Assembly: GCA_040218735.1 (NCBI GenBank)
Contig: JAVJQW010000067.1
Span: 1-64,000, forward strand
Direction of reading: 5' to 3'
Length of the DNA stretch: 64,000 nt
Origin: Deltaproteobacteria bacterium
GTDB taxonomy: Bacteria > Myxococcota > Kuafuiibacteriia > Kuafuiibacteriales > Kuafuiibacteriaceae
Below, one piece after another: positions 1 through 9,645 of this stretch (its first letter is position 1; each line of letters opens with the position of its first letter). Under the pieces are notes generated by a model, which saw only the letters and a program-made list of their open reading frames with translations, ran no database searches and was not told where the DNA came from. Made by a program: the position numbers and the translations under genes.

Positions 1-1
1 G

Positions 2-493
2 GTTCGGAAGCGTGGCGTTGGGCGCCCGTCGAAGGTCGCGGCGTTCGAGGGGACGGTCGCAGCGTGGCTGGAGAAGGACCCCGACGTGATGACGTTGGAG
101 CTCCTGAGGCGCGCTCGCGAGGACGGGTACGAGGGCGGCAAAAGCGCGTTCTTCGCGCTCGTGAAGCGGCTGCGCCCGAAGCCTCGGGGGCCGACCGTTC
201 GTTTCGAAGGACTGCCTGGCGAGTTCGCGCAGCACGACTTCGGCGAGGTCGACGTTCGCTTCATCGACGGCACGTACGTCCTCGCCGTGGACCGCGCTCT
301 ACGCGGGCTCGTCCTCGGACGCTCGAATCACTTCGGCTCGCGCTCGCAGTGCGGGACAGAGGTTGCGGCGATCTTCTACTCGCTGATCGAGAGCGCGAAG
401 TTGAATGGCCTCGACCCCATCGCATACCTACGGACCGCCGCCGCCGCCCACCTGGCTGATCAGACGGTGCCCCTGCCGCACGAAATCGCCTGA
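2..493 (+). pseudogene. Chimeric transposase remnant: IS21 IstA N-terminal part fused in frame to an IS66 TnpC C-terminal part (open at window start)
   Basis: Frame 2 reads GRPSKVAAFEGTVAAWL...GYEGGKSAFFALVKRLRP...RFEGLPGEFAQHDFGE (IstA-like). Near nt 275-290 it switches to DRALRGLVLGRSNHFGSRS...AAIFYSLIESAKLNGLDPIAYL (IS66 C-terminus). Neither DDE core is complete. Confidence 0.8.
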
Positions 494-543
494 GCCTGCG
501 GCCTCGGAACCTACTTCACCGCGCGCTCATTCACCCCGATGGG

Positions 544-780
544 ATGTCAAAGCAAGACGCTCCACGGCGAGGAGTCTACACGCCCCGCCACTGCTCGTGG
601 CTCACTCAGATCGAGATTTGGTTCAGTATCCTCGCTCGGCGCGTGCTGCGGCGCGGTACCTTCAGTTCAACCGACGACCTCTGCGAGAAGGTGGCGCGCT
701 TCATCGAGTACTTCAACGTCGTCATGGCCAAGCCGTTCCGCTGGACCTATGCGGGACGACCTCTTCGAGGCGCGTCATGA
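544..780 (+). pseudogene. IS630-family transposase C-terminal fragment
   Basis: YTPRHCSWLTQIEIWFSILARRVLRRGTFSSTDDL...FIEYFN...KPFRWTY matches the IS630 C-terminal pattern; the N-terminus is missing. Confidence 0.8.
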
Positions 781-825
781 ACCCGGATCGAAACTTCCGC
801 CGGCCTCATCTAGTCCGCGGCTGAC

Positions 826-1005
826 TTGGACGGGTTCACGCCGCACTACCAGAGGCGAACGTTCATCTCGGACCTTGTCGTTGGCGGCGTGGACCTCTCG
901 ACGGTATCACGCCAGGTTGGCCATGCAGACGACGGCGCGCCACGATCGTGGCTCAGAGAAGGCACTGCTGGATGCCGCTGCGAAGGTGGAGGTTCCCTTC
1001 GGAGA
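826..1005 (+). pseudogene. Tyrosine recombinase/integrase C-terminal remnant, frameshifted
   Basis: FTPHYQRRTFISDL..GVDLSTVSRQVGHA (HxxR and GH motifs) continues in another frame as MQTTARHDRGSEKALLDAAAKVEVPF; the usual catalytic Tyr position (TTARY) is His. Confidence 0.7.
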
Positions 1006-1090
1006 ACAACCCGGGTGCGGGGGTCCTGGACCTGCCGCCTCACCCGTCGACCCATGGGGTACCATTCATCTGCCCTCCCCGGGGGCAGCC

Positions 1091-2836
1091 ATGGCGCGAT
1101 GGCGCTTCCAATGTTATAGAAACAGAGTGACTGTACGTGAGCAAGGCAACGGCATAATTTCATACGAAGTTGGCGTTGATCCGTTCGAGCATAATGACGA
1201 AACTGTCGGGTTTGTCCCGGGCGTGGGTAGCCTGTTCGCACCGACTGGTCCGAAGAGTCGAATAGATGCCGGTGGGATCTTTCCGCGACCTGATAGGTAT
1301 ATTGAGAACCCGATCAACCGTCGATGGATGTCGGCGACCTTAGTGCGTGACTTCAAGAGTTTTAGCGACGTAAGGAAGGCGGATGCGCGAATTGAAGCGA
1401 AGGGTTTCATAGTTAGCGGTGAGGCGAGCTTTGAGTACAGGAAGCACGTGGAGAAAACGACTTCATCTGTCTCATTCGTTCTTGAGGTTCAGAATGATTC
1501 GATAGTCAAGGCTGCTGATACTGCTGCGGGTCCCGATCTTCTGAAGTTGGTCGGCTCGATCACGAAGCCGACAAAGGCCGGAAAGGACGATCTCGCAACC
1601 TACCTTAACGCCGAACGGAGCGATGGCTTCACGCATTTCGTTAGTTCGATCACCTACGGGTCCAGATTGACGATTATTGTTGATGTAGATGCTTCAACGG
1701 CTTCTAACACGCGATTCTACAAGGGCGGCGTCCGTGCTTCCTATAAAGGATTTACTGCGAACGCGAATCTCTCGCGTGACGTTAAGGATGTTCTAAATAT
1801 GGGCCGGGCTTCGCTTCGGGTGCGGAGCTACGGACTGAAGAAGGCAGACATCCTTTCGCATGTGCGGACAGCTCTGGAGTCAAGTGGAAACTTCTCGATT
1901 ATGGCCGCTGCACTGCAAGGCATTGTAGCAGATCTGTCCGGAGAGAACGGAAGCGTTGTCGAGTACACCGTGGCCCCTCTACGCGATCGATTCCCTAGTG
2001 TCCTCACCGCGAATACGAACGTCGTGGAAAGCGGCGCTTTCGAGCGTCCTCCCTACGAGATCCTCTCTCTCGCGGACGAGATGGCACTGCAGCTTGCCCG
2101 ACGGGCAGAGTGCCATCGGCTGTTGCTTCTCTCCAGGAGAGCCGGCCTCGCCGCGTCGTATACCGATGCGGAGTGGGATGGGATTCGGGAGGGTGCGAAG
2201 AAGATTGACGCCAATATCACGATGATTCAAGACGAAGCCCGGAAGCCTGAAGGAATGAGGGGAGCAGACACCCTTCGATCCGAACTTAAAGACATCGACC
2301 CGGTGCCGAAGATGAAGGTTATTGTTCCGGAGCCCATCGAACAATCGCGACCACCAGGTAAGACAGACAGGTCAGGTTCGAGTAAATACGGAAGAGTAGA
2401 CTATGTACTTCATCATGATAGTTTTCAGATTCCGGTTCCGATTTACGGTGTTGACACGAATCTTGAGGTTGCTGATCTTGTCATTGCTTTGGCGCAACAT
2501 CCAATCAAGATTCAGCACTTTGATCGCTATCTGTCGAACCTTGGAGTTGGCGCCAGCCACGCGTCCTATGTAGAGTACAACGCCGCTAGTGCGATGTACC
2601 AGAGGCAGACGGTCGATATAGTAGACTCGAACGGGAGAACGTATAAGCACCGACCGCAGGGTGCTGATCTGATCGTTGAGGACATCCCGCTCACACCGGA
2701 TAGCGCGCTTACTCCGACCGGACGCCTTATTCGGCTGACATTCCAGTTTTGGGCTAAGGGTGGCCCTATATTCGCTTCTGTTGTAGACTCATTGCATTTG
2801 AAGTTCTCGTGGCGAGAGAGTAGAGTCGACGACTGA
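1091..2836 (+). CDS. Lower-GC protein with MACPF/cholesterol-dependent cytolysin-like domain (putative pore-forming protein)
   Basis: Long open frame with visibly AT-richer codons. Motifs GFTHFVSSITYGS and VEYTVAPL, plus two Ser/Ala/Gly-rich amphipathic segments. Start at ATG 1091 is an estimate. Confidence 0.55.
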   Translation: MARWRFQCYRNRVTVREQGNGIISYEVGVDPFEHNDETVGFVPGVGSLFAPTGPKSRIDAGGIFPRPDRYIENPINRRWMSATLVRDFKSFSDVRKADARIEAKGFIVSGEASFEYRKHVEKTTSSVSFVLEVQNDSIVKAADTAAGPDLLKLVGSITKPTKAGKDDLATYLNAERSDGFTHFVSSITYGSRLTIIVDVDASTASNTRFYKGGVRASYKGFTANANLSRDVKDVLNMGRASLRVRSYGLKKADILSHVRTALESSGNFSIMAAALQGIVADLSGENGSVVEYTVAPLRDRFPSVLTANTNVVESGAFERPPYEILSLADEMALQLARRAECHRLLLLSRRAGLAASYTDAEWDGIREGAKKIDANITMIQDEARKPEGMRGADTLRSELKDIDPVPKMKVIVPEPIEQSRPPGKTDRSGSSKYGRVDYVLHHDSFQIPVPIYGVDTNLEVADLVIALAQHPIKIQHFDRYLSNLGVGASHASYVEYNAASAMYQRQTVDIVDSNGRTYKHRPQGADLIVEDIPLTPDSALTPTGRLIRLTFQFWAKGGPIFASVVDSLHLKFSWRESRVDD

Positions 2837-3163
2837 ATCGTCGTATTCTCGTGCCTGTTTTGGCGGGTTCGCTGATGGTCGAGCGTCAGAACGCTCTCTT
2901 CAGCCGGATGTGATCGAACATGACTGGCGGCAAACCTCGATGAGGATCTCGCCAAACTCGCGAAAGAGCACGGAAAGCTGCGGGAGGAGATCTCGGAGTT
3001 GCGCAAGGAGCTTGGCTCAACGCGATCAGATGATCGCGAGGCTCACGTCCGCGTCGGAGTCTTCGCGTCGTCTCCGGGAAGCGTCAGGGGCGCGCCGGAG
3101 TTGTGTTTTGCGCAAGCTGACTTGCGCGCGGATCGTGAAGTCCGTGATCAAGGGGGGTGAGAA

Positions 3164-3890
3164 TTGGATTGTCATTTGAAAGGAGCAGTGTGCGTCGGTC
3201 TGGCTCTCGGCTTGCTCTCGGCCACGAACGCATCCGCGGCGGAGCTCCCCGCTCGGTGCCGCGCCGAGATCACCTTCGATGCGAACGACCGCGACCGCGA
3301 GGAAGCCGAGTTCATGCGATCGAAGATCGAGGCCGCGAACCTCCCGGCAAAGCTCACCGTCCTCACGCCCTTCGCGGCGGCGTTCGCCCCCCACCCGGCG
3401 AAGATGGCCTGGAGCATCACCCAGAGCGAGTGGGACGCCTGGCGAACCGCTGTCGAGCAGCTCGAACCGGGCCTCCGCGGCGTCCTCAGAAAGCACGCGC
3501 GTGACATCCGGGCTCACTACGCGCTCGGGAACGATCGTCCCCGAGCGCGCTACTGGGCCTGCGTGCAGGCGTCCTTCTGAGCTGAAGCCGCGCCGCGACA
3601 TCGGACCTTCTCTCCCCACTTCCACCGCCTCGCTCCGTTCCTCTCCGCGTCGGCTCACCTGGGCCGGGGAAACAACGGAGAGCTGCGGGGGCGAGGAGGC
3701 CGGTGAGCTCAGCGGCGGCAACGACGACATCGGGGCCGCCGCGGTGACGCTGTCCCCGACGGAGTGGAGGCACGGCGAGATGCTGCCGCGCTCGCACGCG
3801 GTCGAAGTCGAGCTGAAGGCCGACCCGGCCGACTGCGGCAACGACTCGGCGTACACCGCGTTCGTCGAAGTCACGACGAATCGCCTGTAA
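3164..3890 (+). pseudogene. Secreted hypothetical protein split by a 1-nt frameshift near 3578
   Basis: Signal peptide (GLALGLLSATNASA). Removing one T in TTC-T-GAG-CTG-AAG joins ORF 3164-3580 to the downstream frame ending at 3890. Confidence 0.5.
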
Positions 3891-3912
3891 CCGCCCGACG
3901 TCCGGGATCGTT

Positions 3913-3952
3913 GGGGATCTGCCGACCGTCGATCTTCGGTCGGCAGGTCCCC
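3913..3952. terminator. 16-bp stem hairpin upstream of dps (terminator or REP-like)
   Basis: GGGGATCTGCCGACCG-8 nt-CGGTCGGCAGGTCCCC with one G-T wobble; weak U tract. Confidence 0.4.
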
Positions 3953-3979
3953 CTTGCCGGAACCTTCGACTGCGCTTAG

Positions 3980-4456
3980 ATGCACGTCATGCACATCGAC
4001 ATCGGAATCCCAGAGAACGACCGCCAGCAGATCGCCCAGGGGCTCTCCCGGGTGCTCGCCGACAGCTACACGCTGTACCTCAAGACGCACAACTTCCACT
4101 GGAACGTGACCGGCAAGATGTTCCAGACGCTCCACGTGATGTTCGAGCAGCAGTACAACGAGCTCGCGCTCGCCGTGGACCAGATCGCGGAGCGCATCCG
4201 CGCGCTGGGGGTCTACGCGCCGGGTTCCTACAAGGCGTTCGCCGAGCTGTCGTCCATCAGCGAGGAGACCGAAGTTCCGAAGGCCGAGGACATGATTCGG
4301 CGCCTCGTCGAAGGCCACGAAACCTGCGCGCGCACCTCGCGCGAGGTCTTCGCGACCGCCGACAAGGCCAACGACGAGTCGTCCTGCGATCTGCTCACCC
4401 AGCGGATGCAGCTCCACGAGAAGACCGCCTGGATGCTGCGAAGCCTCCTCGAGTAA
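3980..4456 (+). CDS. dps: DNA protection during starvation protein (Dps/ferritin-like)
   Basis: [40 protein letters not shown]. Confidence 0.95.
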   Translation: MHVMHIDIGIPENDRQQIAQGLSRVLADSYTLYLKTHNFHWNVTGKMFQTLHVMFEQQYNELALAVDQIAERIRALGVYAPGSYKAFAELSSISEETEVPKAEDMIRRLVEGHETCARTSREVFATADKANDESSCDLLTQRMQLHEKTAWMLRSLLE

Positions 4457-4457
4457 C

Positions 4458-6461
4458 TCAGCGGAGCGCCGTGTCCCAGGTGTGCGGCTTCACGTCGTGC
4501 AGGAACCGCACGTTCTCGAGCGTCCCGGCGTAGACGTCCGACGTCGTGGCCCCGAGCTTCTCGAAGTCCGTCCAGGTCGACCGAAGCCGCCCTAGGCTCG
4601 ACTGCAGATCGTTCAGGTTCGCCTGCGCGATCGTCTTGTCCTGGGAGAGCGAACGCTGCGCCTTGTCGACCGCCGCCGCGGCGTCGTTCAGGCTGTGGGC
4701 CGCCTCCCGCCACTCGTTACCGCGCGCGAGGTTCAGCCGGAACTGACTCATCCGACCCTTGCCCTCCATGCCCGCGGAGAGGATCAACACCTTCAGGTGT
4801 GACGTCGCAATGTTCAGGGCTCGGTGCGCGTCGATGAGCGCCGCGTCCCCCTTGTTGTTCGTCGGTCGGGTGTCGAACAACCGGTTCACGAACGCCGGAT
4901 CCTTCGCCTCTTCGGCCGCCTGCGCGGCGCTCTCGAGGACGTCCGGGTTCGCGAGCACACGCTCACTCACGTCATTCAGCAGGCGCTCCGCAAACGCGAC
5001 GTCTCGCGACGAGGCGGTGACCGTGCGCGCCGACTGGTTCTCCTGCGCCGACCACGTGAGGAGGAAGCTGCCCAGCTGGTCCTGGTAGACGCGCCGCAGC
5101 TCCGGCGAAAGCAGCTCGACGCTCTCGGGCTTCACGTCCTTCAACGCGCCGTCGATTTCACGGAGGTGGTCGAGGAGGGCGTTCCTGTTCTCCTTCGACC
5201 CATCCAGCGCCACCAACTTCTCACCGAACCCATCGAGCTTCTGAATGACTTCACGCGCCGCCTGCTCCGCCTTCTCGGGCGTCGGACCGCCGAACCCGAG
5301 GCGCGACGCGAGGCTCGTCATCAGCCCCCAAACGTCATCACGTGGCGCCCGCTGAACCGTCTGCCCCGCGAGCTGCTCCGAGAGCTTCGCCTCCACGTCG
5401 GCGTGGCGCGCCGCGATCGCCTCGTTCACCGGCCCCTCGAGCGCGAGGGTCTTGGTGTTCGTGAACTTCAGATCCGACTTCGCCCGCGTCTGCGCGAGCT
5501 GCCGCTGCAGAGACATCAGGACGTGCGCAGGGAGCTCATCGAGCGTGAACGAGCGCTTCACGCCGTCCGGCGTCGGCTGCGCGTTGTGCTCGATCTCGAG
5601 CGTCCACTTCCCGTCGCTTTCGACGAACGCACCCTCGATCGTCGGCGTGTCTGGGCCACTCGCGCGGAAATCCAGCTTGTCGCCGCGGTTGAGGTGCGAC
5701 TCCACACGGACGTTGCCGCCGAAGTAGGGCGTCCCCGCCTCGCCGTTCCGTTGCGCGATGAGCGCCTCGATGTCCTTCAGCGGCGCTCCGGCCCGCGGAT
5801 CCGGGTACGACTGCCGATTCGCGAGGTAGTCGAGCTTCCAGTGCAGCTTCAGCAGCGCCGGCCTCGACATCTGATCGAGGGGGAGCTCCTTCGGGCCGTC
5901 GTAGCTCGAACCGGTCCGCTCGAGCTGCACCGCCCAGCCCGCGTCGCCGTGCACCAGCGCGCCCTCGAACCCGTTCACTTTCCCCGACGGACAGTCCGGC
6001 GGGTACTTGCTGTCGTCGTGCACCCGCAGGCTGCCGTCGTCCGTGACGCTCGCGCCCACGAAGTACGGCCAGCTCAGGCCGGTCTCCTGCGGGCCGCGCT
6101 CCGCGCCGGGCCCGACTTGGTCGTAGAACTTGCTCAGCGCCGTCCCCAAGTCCGTCGGCGCCGCGTCCCGACCGAGCGTCGCGAGGGATTGGCCGAGCGC
6201 CGCGCCCGACTGCACGGATGGCCCGAGGGCATCCCCGTGGCGCGCACGGAGGAGCGCGAACAAGAAGTGCGGCTTCAGGTCCTCGCGGATGTCGAGCCGA
6301 TCGAGCGTGCCGACGGTGAACGAGTCGCCGCTCGAGAGCTTCGCGATCGCCTGTTCGATCGCGCCTTTGTCCTCGGCGCGGATCGCGTGCTGCTGCACGC
6401 CGTCGGCGATCTTCTTTGCGAATTGGAAGGCTGCGGGATCCGTGGGCTTGGCTACTTCCAT
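4458..6461 (-). CDS. Hypothetical 667-aa protein with an internal duplicated domain
   Basis: Long ORF with normal protein composition and two PYF.G...EGA.V...W...E...LD..P..L..L...L units. Confidence 0.75.
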   Translation of the reverse strand: MEVAKPTDPAAFQFAKKIADGVQQHAIRAEDKGAIEQAIAKLSSGDSFTVGTLDRLDIREDLKPHFLFALLRARHGDALGPSVQSGAALGQSLATLGRDAAPTDLGTALSKFYDQVGPGAERGPQETGLSWPYFVGASVTDDGSLRVHDDSKYPPDCPSGKVNGFEGALVHGDAGWAVQLERTGSSYDGPKELPLDQMSRPALLKLHWKLDYLANRQSYPDPRAGAPLKDIEALIAQRNGEAGTPYFGGNVRVESHLNRGDKLDFRASGPDTPTIEGAFVESDGKWTLEIEHNAQPTPDGVKRSFTLDELPAHVLMSLQRQLAQTRAKSDLKFTNTKTLALEGPVNEAIAARHADVEAKLSEQLAGQTVQRAPRDDVWGLMTSLASRLGFGGPTPEKAEQAAREVIQKLDGFGEKLVALDGSKENRNALLDHLREIDGALKDVKPESVELLSPELRRVYQDQLGSFLLTWSAQENQSARTVTASSRDVAFAERLLNDVSERVLANPDVLESAAQAAEEAKDPAFVNRLFDTRPTNNKGDAALIDAHRALNIATSHLKVLILSAGMEGKGRMSQFRLNLARGNEWREAAHSLNDAAAAVDKAQRSLSQDKTIAQANLNDLQSSLGRLRSTWTDFEKLGATTSDVYAGTLENVRFLHDVKPHTWDTALR

Positions 6462-6895
6462 CGTCGGGCCTTCTTACGACGCGCATCCGTCGTCCTACCG
6501 CGCGCCGAAACGGCGGCGATCTTCGAGTCCAGCCAGCTCTTGGCGCCGGCGATCGCGCCGTGAAGCTGACGCCACGCCGCATCGTCGCCACCCCAGACGA
6601 AGACCCGTCCGGCCTTCGGGCGCGACGCATCGAGGCGTCCTTGCACTAAGTCCGACAGCGCCGCCGCGTTCGCGACGACCAAGAGGTCCGCGTCCTGATC
6701 CATACCCGGCGTCAGCAGAGGCTGCGCCCGCGTGTCGAGGATCCACGGACCGTCGCCGAGCACGGTCAGCGAGATGCGCAACGCCGGGAGCGCCGCGCGC
6801 CGTGGCTCGAAGATCGCAGCGAGGACCTCCAGGCTCTCCGCCGGTTCGAGCTCGGCCGGAGGGACGTTCGACGGCGGGAGCATCGCGGTTTGCAT
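6452..6895 (-). CDS. SCP2 sterol-carrier-like small protein
   Basis: GDGPWILD...DADLLVVANAAALSDLVQGRLDA...VWGGD resembles the SCP2 fold pattern. Confidence 0.5.
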   Translation of the reverse strand: MQTAMLPPSNVPPAELEPAESLEVLAAIFEPRRAALPALRISLTVLGDGPWILDTRAQPLLTPGMDQDADLLVVANAAALSDLVQGRLDASRPKAGRVFVWGGDDAAWRQLHGAIAGAKSWLDSKIAAVSARGRTTDARRKKARRWK

Positions 6896-6947
6896 CGCGT
6901 CGGGCACGATAACACGCCAAACGTCCCACCCCGGACGCATACCAACA

Positions 6948-6975
6948 ACTTCCCATAATGGACGTTATGTCAAAT
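6948..6975. other. dif: XerCD dif site
   Basis: ACTTCCCATAA-TGGACG-TTATGTCAAAT, an intergenic 11-6-11 layout; the right arm matches the E. coli XerD arm TTATGTTAAAT at 10/11 positions. Confidence 0.8.
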
Positions 6976-7043
6976 CAATACCTAGGGTCCCTGGGGCGCC
7001 CCGACTGGACCGCGCTGCCCCGATGCGGTCTGCTCCCGGCTCC

Positions 7044-7994
7044 ATGCGACGATTCGCGATCGCCGCGCTGCTGTTCGCACCGGCCTGTTCGGTGTCGATC
7101 GACGGCGGTACCTGCGCGCTCGACTCCGACTGCGACGCCGACCAGACCTGCCTGTTCGACCTCGACCGGGACACGAGCTACTGCACCGGGTTCTGCGGGA
7201 CGGACGACGACTGTCCGCCCTCTCAGACCTGCAAGACCGGCAAACGCGGCGTCATCACGGAAGCCACCGAGCTGATGTACTGCGTCGACCGAGTTCGGGC
7301 CTGCTCGGAGCCCGAGCTGTGCAACGGGTTCGACGACAACTGCGACGGCGTGGTCGATGAAGCCGGCTGCCAGGTCATCACCGGCTGCCTCGACGATCCG
7401 GCCTGCGACGCCTGGACCTGCCAAGCCCCCGAAAACCAGCCGCTCGCGCTGTGCGCACCGCCCAACGAACAAGCCACCAAGGCAGAATTCGACCGCTGCA
7501 CCCAGGACTCGGAGTGCGTCAGCGGCCTGTGCGATACGGGCCTGTGCGCGTCGCTCTGCCGACCCGGCACGCTGTGCCCGTCCATCCTGGTCGACGGCGA
7601 CACCCAGGAGATGTTCTGCAACGGCGCCATCGGGCCGGGGCCGACGCGCCCCAAACACAACGAGTGCCAGATCGTCTGTGACTCCAACCGGGACTGCTTC
7701 GACGACCAACAGTGTGTCTGGCGCGAGGTCTACCAGGCCGAACCGCAGCACGCGTTCGTTTGCTCGACCGTGAACACGAACCTACTGCCGCTCGGGGCGC
7801 CTTGTCCGGACAACGAACCCGACGGCGGCGACGCCATGTGCCAGCACGGCCTGTGTTTTCAGCAGCGCTGCACGCGGCCGTGCGGCGGGCCCGGCTCCGA
7901 CTGCAGCGACGTCGCGGACAACGTGTCCTGCACCAACAAGATGCTGTTCTACGGCGCGTTCGAGTTCGCGGGGTTCGTATGCGCCGTTCCATGA
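7044..7994 (+). CDS. Cys-rich lipoprotein with putative metal-binding (MopE-like) repeat
   Basis: Lipobox FAPAC; ELCNGFDDNCDGVVDE; many CxxDxDC motifs. Confidence 0.8.
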   Translation: MRRFAIAALLFAPACSVSIDGGTCALDSDCDADQTCLFDLDRDTSYCTGFCGTDDDCPPSQTCKTGKRGVITEATELMYCVDRVRACSEPELCNGFDDNCDGVVDEAGCQVITGCLDDPACDAWTCQAPENQPLALCAPPNEQATKAEFDRCTQDSECVSGLCDTGLCASLCRPGTLCPSILVDGDTQEMFCNGAIGPGPTRPKHNECQIVCDSNRDCFDDQQCVWREVYQAEPQHAFVCSTVNTNLLPLGAPCPDNEPDGGDAMCQHGLCFQQRCTRPCGGPGSDCSDVADNVSCTNKMLFYGAFEFAGFVCAVP

Positions 7995-9571
7995 ATCGAG
8001 CCGTCCTCGGGGTGCCGATCGCCCTGCTCCTGGTCTCCGCCTGCGCCAGCACCTCGGGCGTCGGGTCCGGTCGTGTCTTCGTGCGGGACCAGGCGGAAGC
8101 CGTGAAGCTGAGGAAGATCGACGTCGTGGTGACCGTCGCCGCCGTCCAGACCAGCGGTCCGCAGCTCAACGTCGCCACGTTCGACGTCCCCCAGATGGAA
8201 GCGCCGCTGCTGCCTTCGGATGAGGACCCCGCGACCCGCGACGAGCTGGTCAAGACGCTGCGTCAGTCTCTGAAGCAGCGCGGCTTCGACGCCCGCTTCA
8301 TCTTCGCCGGCGCCGACGATGATCCGCCGGCCGACGCGGTGAAGGTGATGCCGCCGATCGACACGTCCACCGTGAGCGTCAGCCCCGTCGGCACATCCAC
8401 CGTCGCGGAGCCCGGCGCGCCGAACCTGACCACGGGGCCTCCGCAGCCGCCCGCGCGGCGCGACCTCACGCTGGAGGCCGGCACCACGCTCGCCGCGGTG
8501 TTCCAGGCCAGCGACGCCGACGGGCTGCTCGTCGTCCGCGTCGTGCCGGTCGACGCGTTCTACATGTTCCAGACGATCGACGAGAACCAGATCGTCGATC
8601 TCGGCACCACCATTCGACCGATCACGGACGACGCGCCCACGCCGCGCTCGGGACGTCTGATGTTCGGTCAGGCCTTCCTCTACGACCACGAGACGCGCCT
8701 GCGCCTGTGGTCCAAGAACCTCCCCGAGTTCCCCGAGTCGAGCCGCCTGACCACGGACGCGGCGTTCCTCGACTACGGTCTCCTCACGGAGCTCGGCAAG
8801 CCGGAGCTGCCCCCCGCGCGTCGCGCGGAGGTCGCCGCGACGAACTTCGTCCGGACGATGTTCAGCGACTTCCTCGACCCGACGGACGGTACCCAAGCCG
8901 GACGCGACCTGCTCGCGGCCGTCGATCCCGAGATCGAAGCTGCGCGCCAGGCGTTCCTCGACGAGGGGTGGATCGGTCTCGGCATCGACTTCGGGTGGAG
9001 CGGCGAGACCGCCGGCTCCAACGTCGTCTTCGAGGACGACAACGACCCCAACCTCGCCCGGACGATCGAGCTGGGCACCGGCGCGATCGCCCCGGCCGGC
9101 ATCTTCCGACTGACCCCGCGCATGGACATCGTGTCACCCGGCGGCTTCTCCTTCGAGGTCGGCGTCCCGCTCGGCTTCGGGCCCGGGTCGTTCGCCCGCA
9201 CCTACCACTTCGACAACCCCGACGCGGGGCTCGCCGACACCGACCGCGGCGCCCGCGCGACGATCTCGGGGCCGACCGTCGCGGGTATCGAGGTCGGCGC
9301 CGGTTACGTGATCCCGCTGAACGCGACGCTCGACCTGTTCCCGACCGTCGGCCTGTTCGGCGAAGGTTGGTTCCTCGACACCTCGCCGGTGATCGACAGC
9401 GACGTTCACGTCCGGCTCGGCGCGAAGGCGAACTTCGATGCGATCATCCACCCGGCCCGGTCCAGCGCGTTGTTCGTGCGGGCCGGCGGAGGTGTTCGTG
9501 TCGGCGTAGACACCGCCGGACCGGTGGTTTTCGGGGCGACGCTGAACGTCGGCGTCGGGATGTTCCTCTGA
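7991..9571 (+). CDS. Lipoprotein with C-terminal outer-membrane beta-barrel-like region
   Basis: Lipobox LVSAC; ATGA overlap with the upstream gene; alternating beta-strand pattern ending LNVGVGMFL. Confidence 0.7.
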   Translation: MNRAVLGVPIALLLVSACASTSGVGSGRVFVRDQAEAVKLRKIDVVVTVAAVQTSGPQLNVATFDVPQMEAPLLPSDEDPATRDELVKTLRQSLKQRGFDARFIFAGADDDPPADAVKVMPPIDTSTVSVSPVGTSTVAEPGAPNLTTGPPQPPARRDLTLEAGTTLAAVFQASDADGLLVVRVVPVDAFYMFQTIDENQIVDLGTTIRPITDDAPTPRSGRLMFGQAFLYDHETRLRLWSKNLPEFPESSRLTTDAAFLDYGLLTELGKPELPPARRAEVAATNFVRTMFSDFLDPTDGTQAGRDLLAAVDPEIEAARQAFLDEGWIGLGIDFGWSGETAGSNVVFEDDNDPNLARTIELGTGAIAPAGIFRLTPRMDIVSPGGFSFEVGVPLGFGPGSFARTYHFDNPDAGLADTDRGARATISGPTVAGIEVGAGYVIPLNATLDLFPTVGLFGEGWFLDTSPVIDSDVHVRLGAKANFDAIIHPARSSALFVRAGGGVRVGVDTAGPVVFGATLNVGVGMFL

Positions 9572-9645
9572 GGAGCGGCTTGGCGACCCCGCAGCGCGCA
9601 CAAAATGGGACGTCGTCCCGAAGAAATGCTAGCCTGCCGGCTCGC

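Noticed and set aside
539-1090. N-terminal extension of the 765-aa ORF
   Set aside because: It overlaps the IS630 and integrase remnants; the composition shift and protein-like sequence begin near 1091.
2875-3060. Coiled-coil fragment (DEDLAKLAKEHGKLREEISELRKEL / AQRDQMIARL)
   Set aside because: It is broken by stops and frameshifts and too short to assign; possibly a transposase leader remnant.
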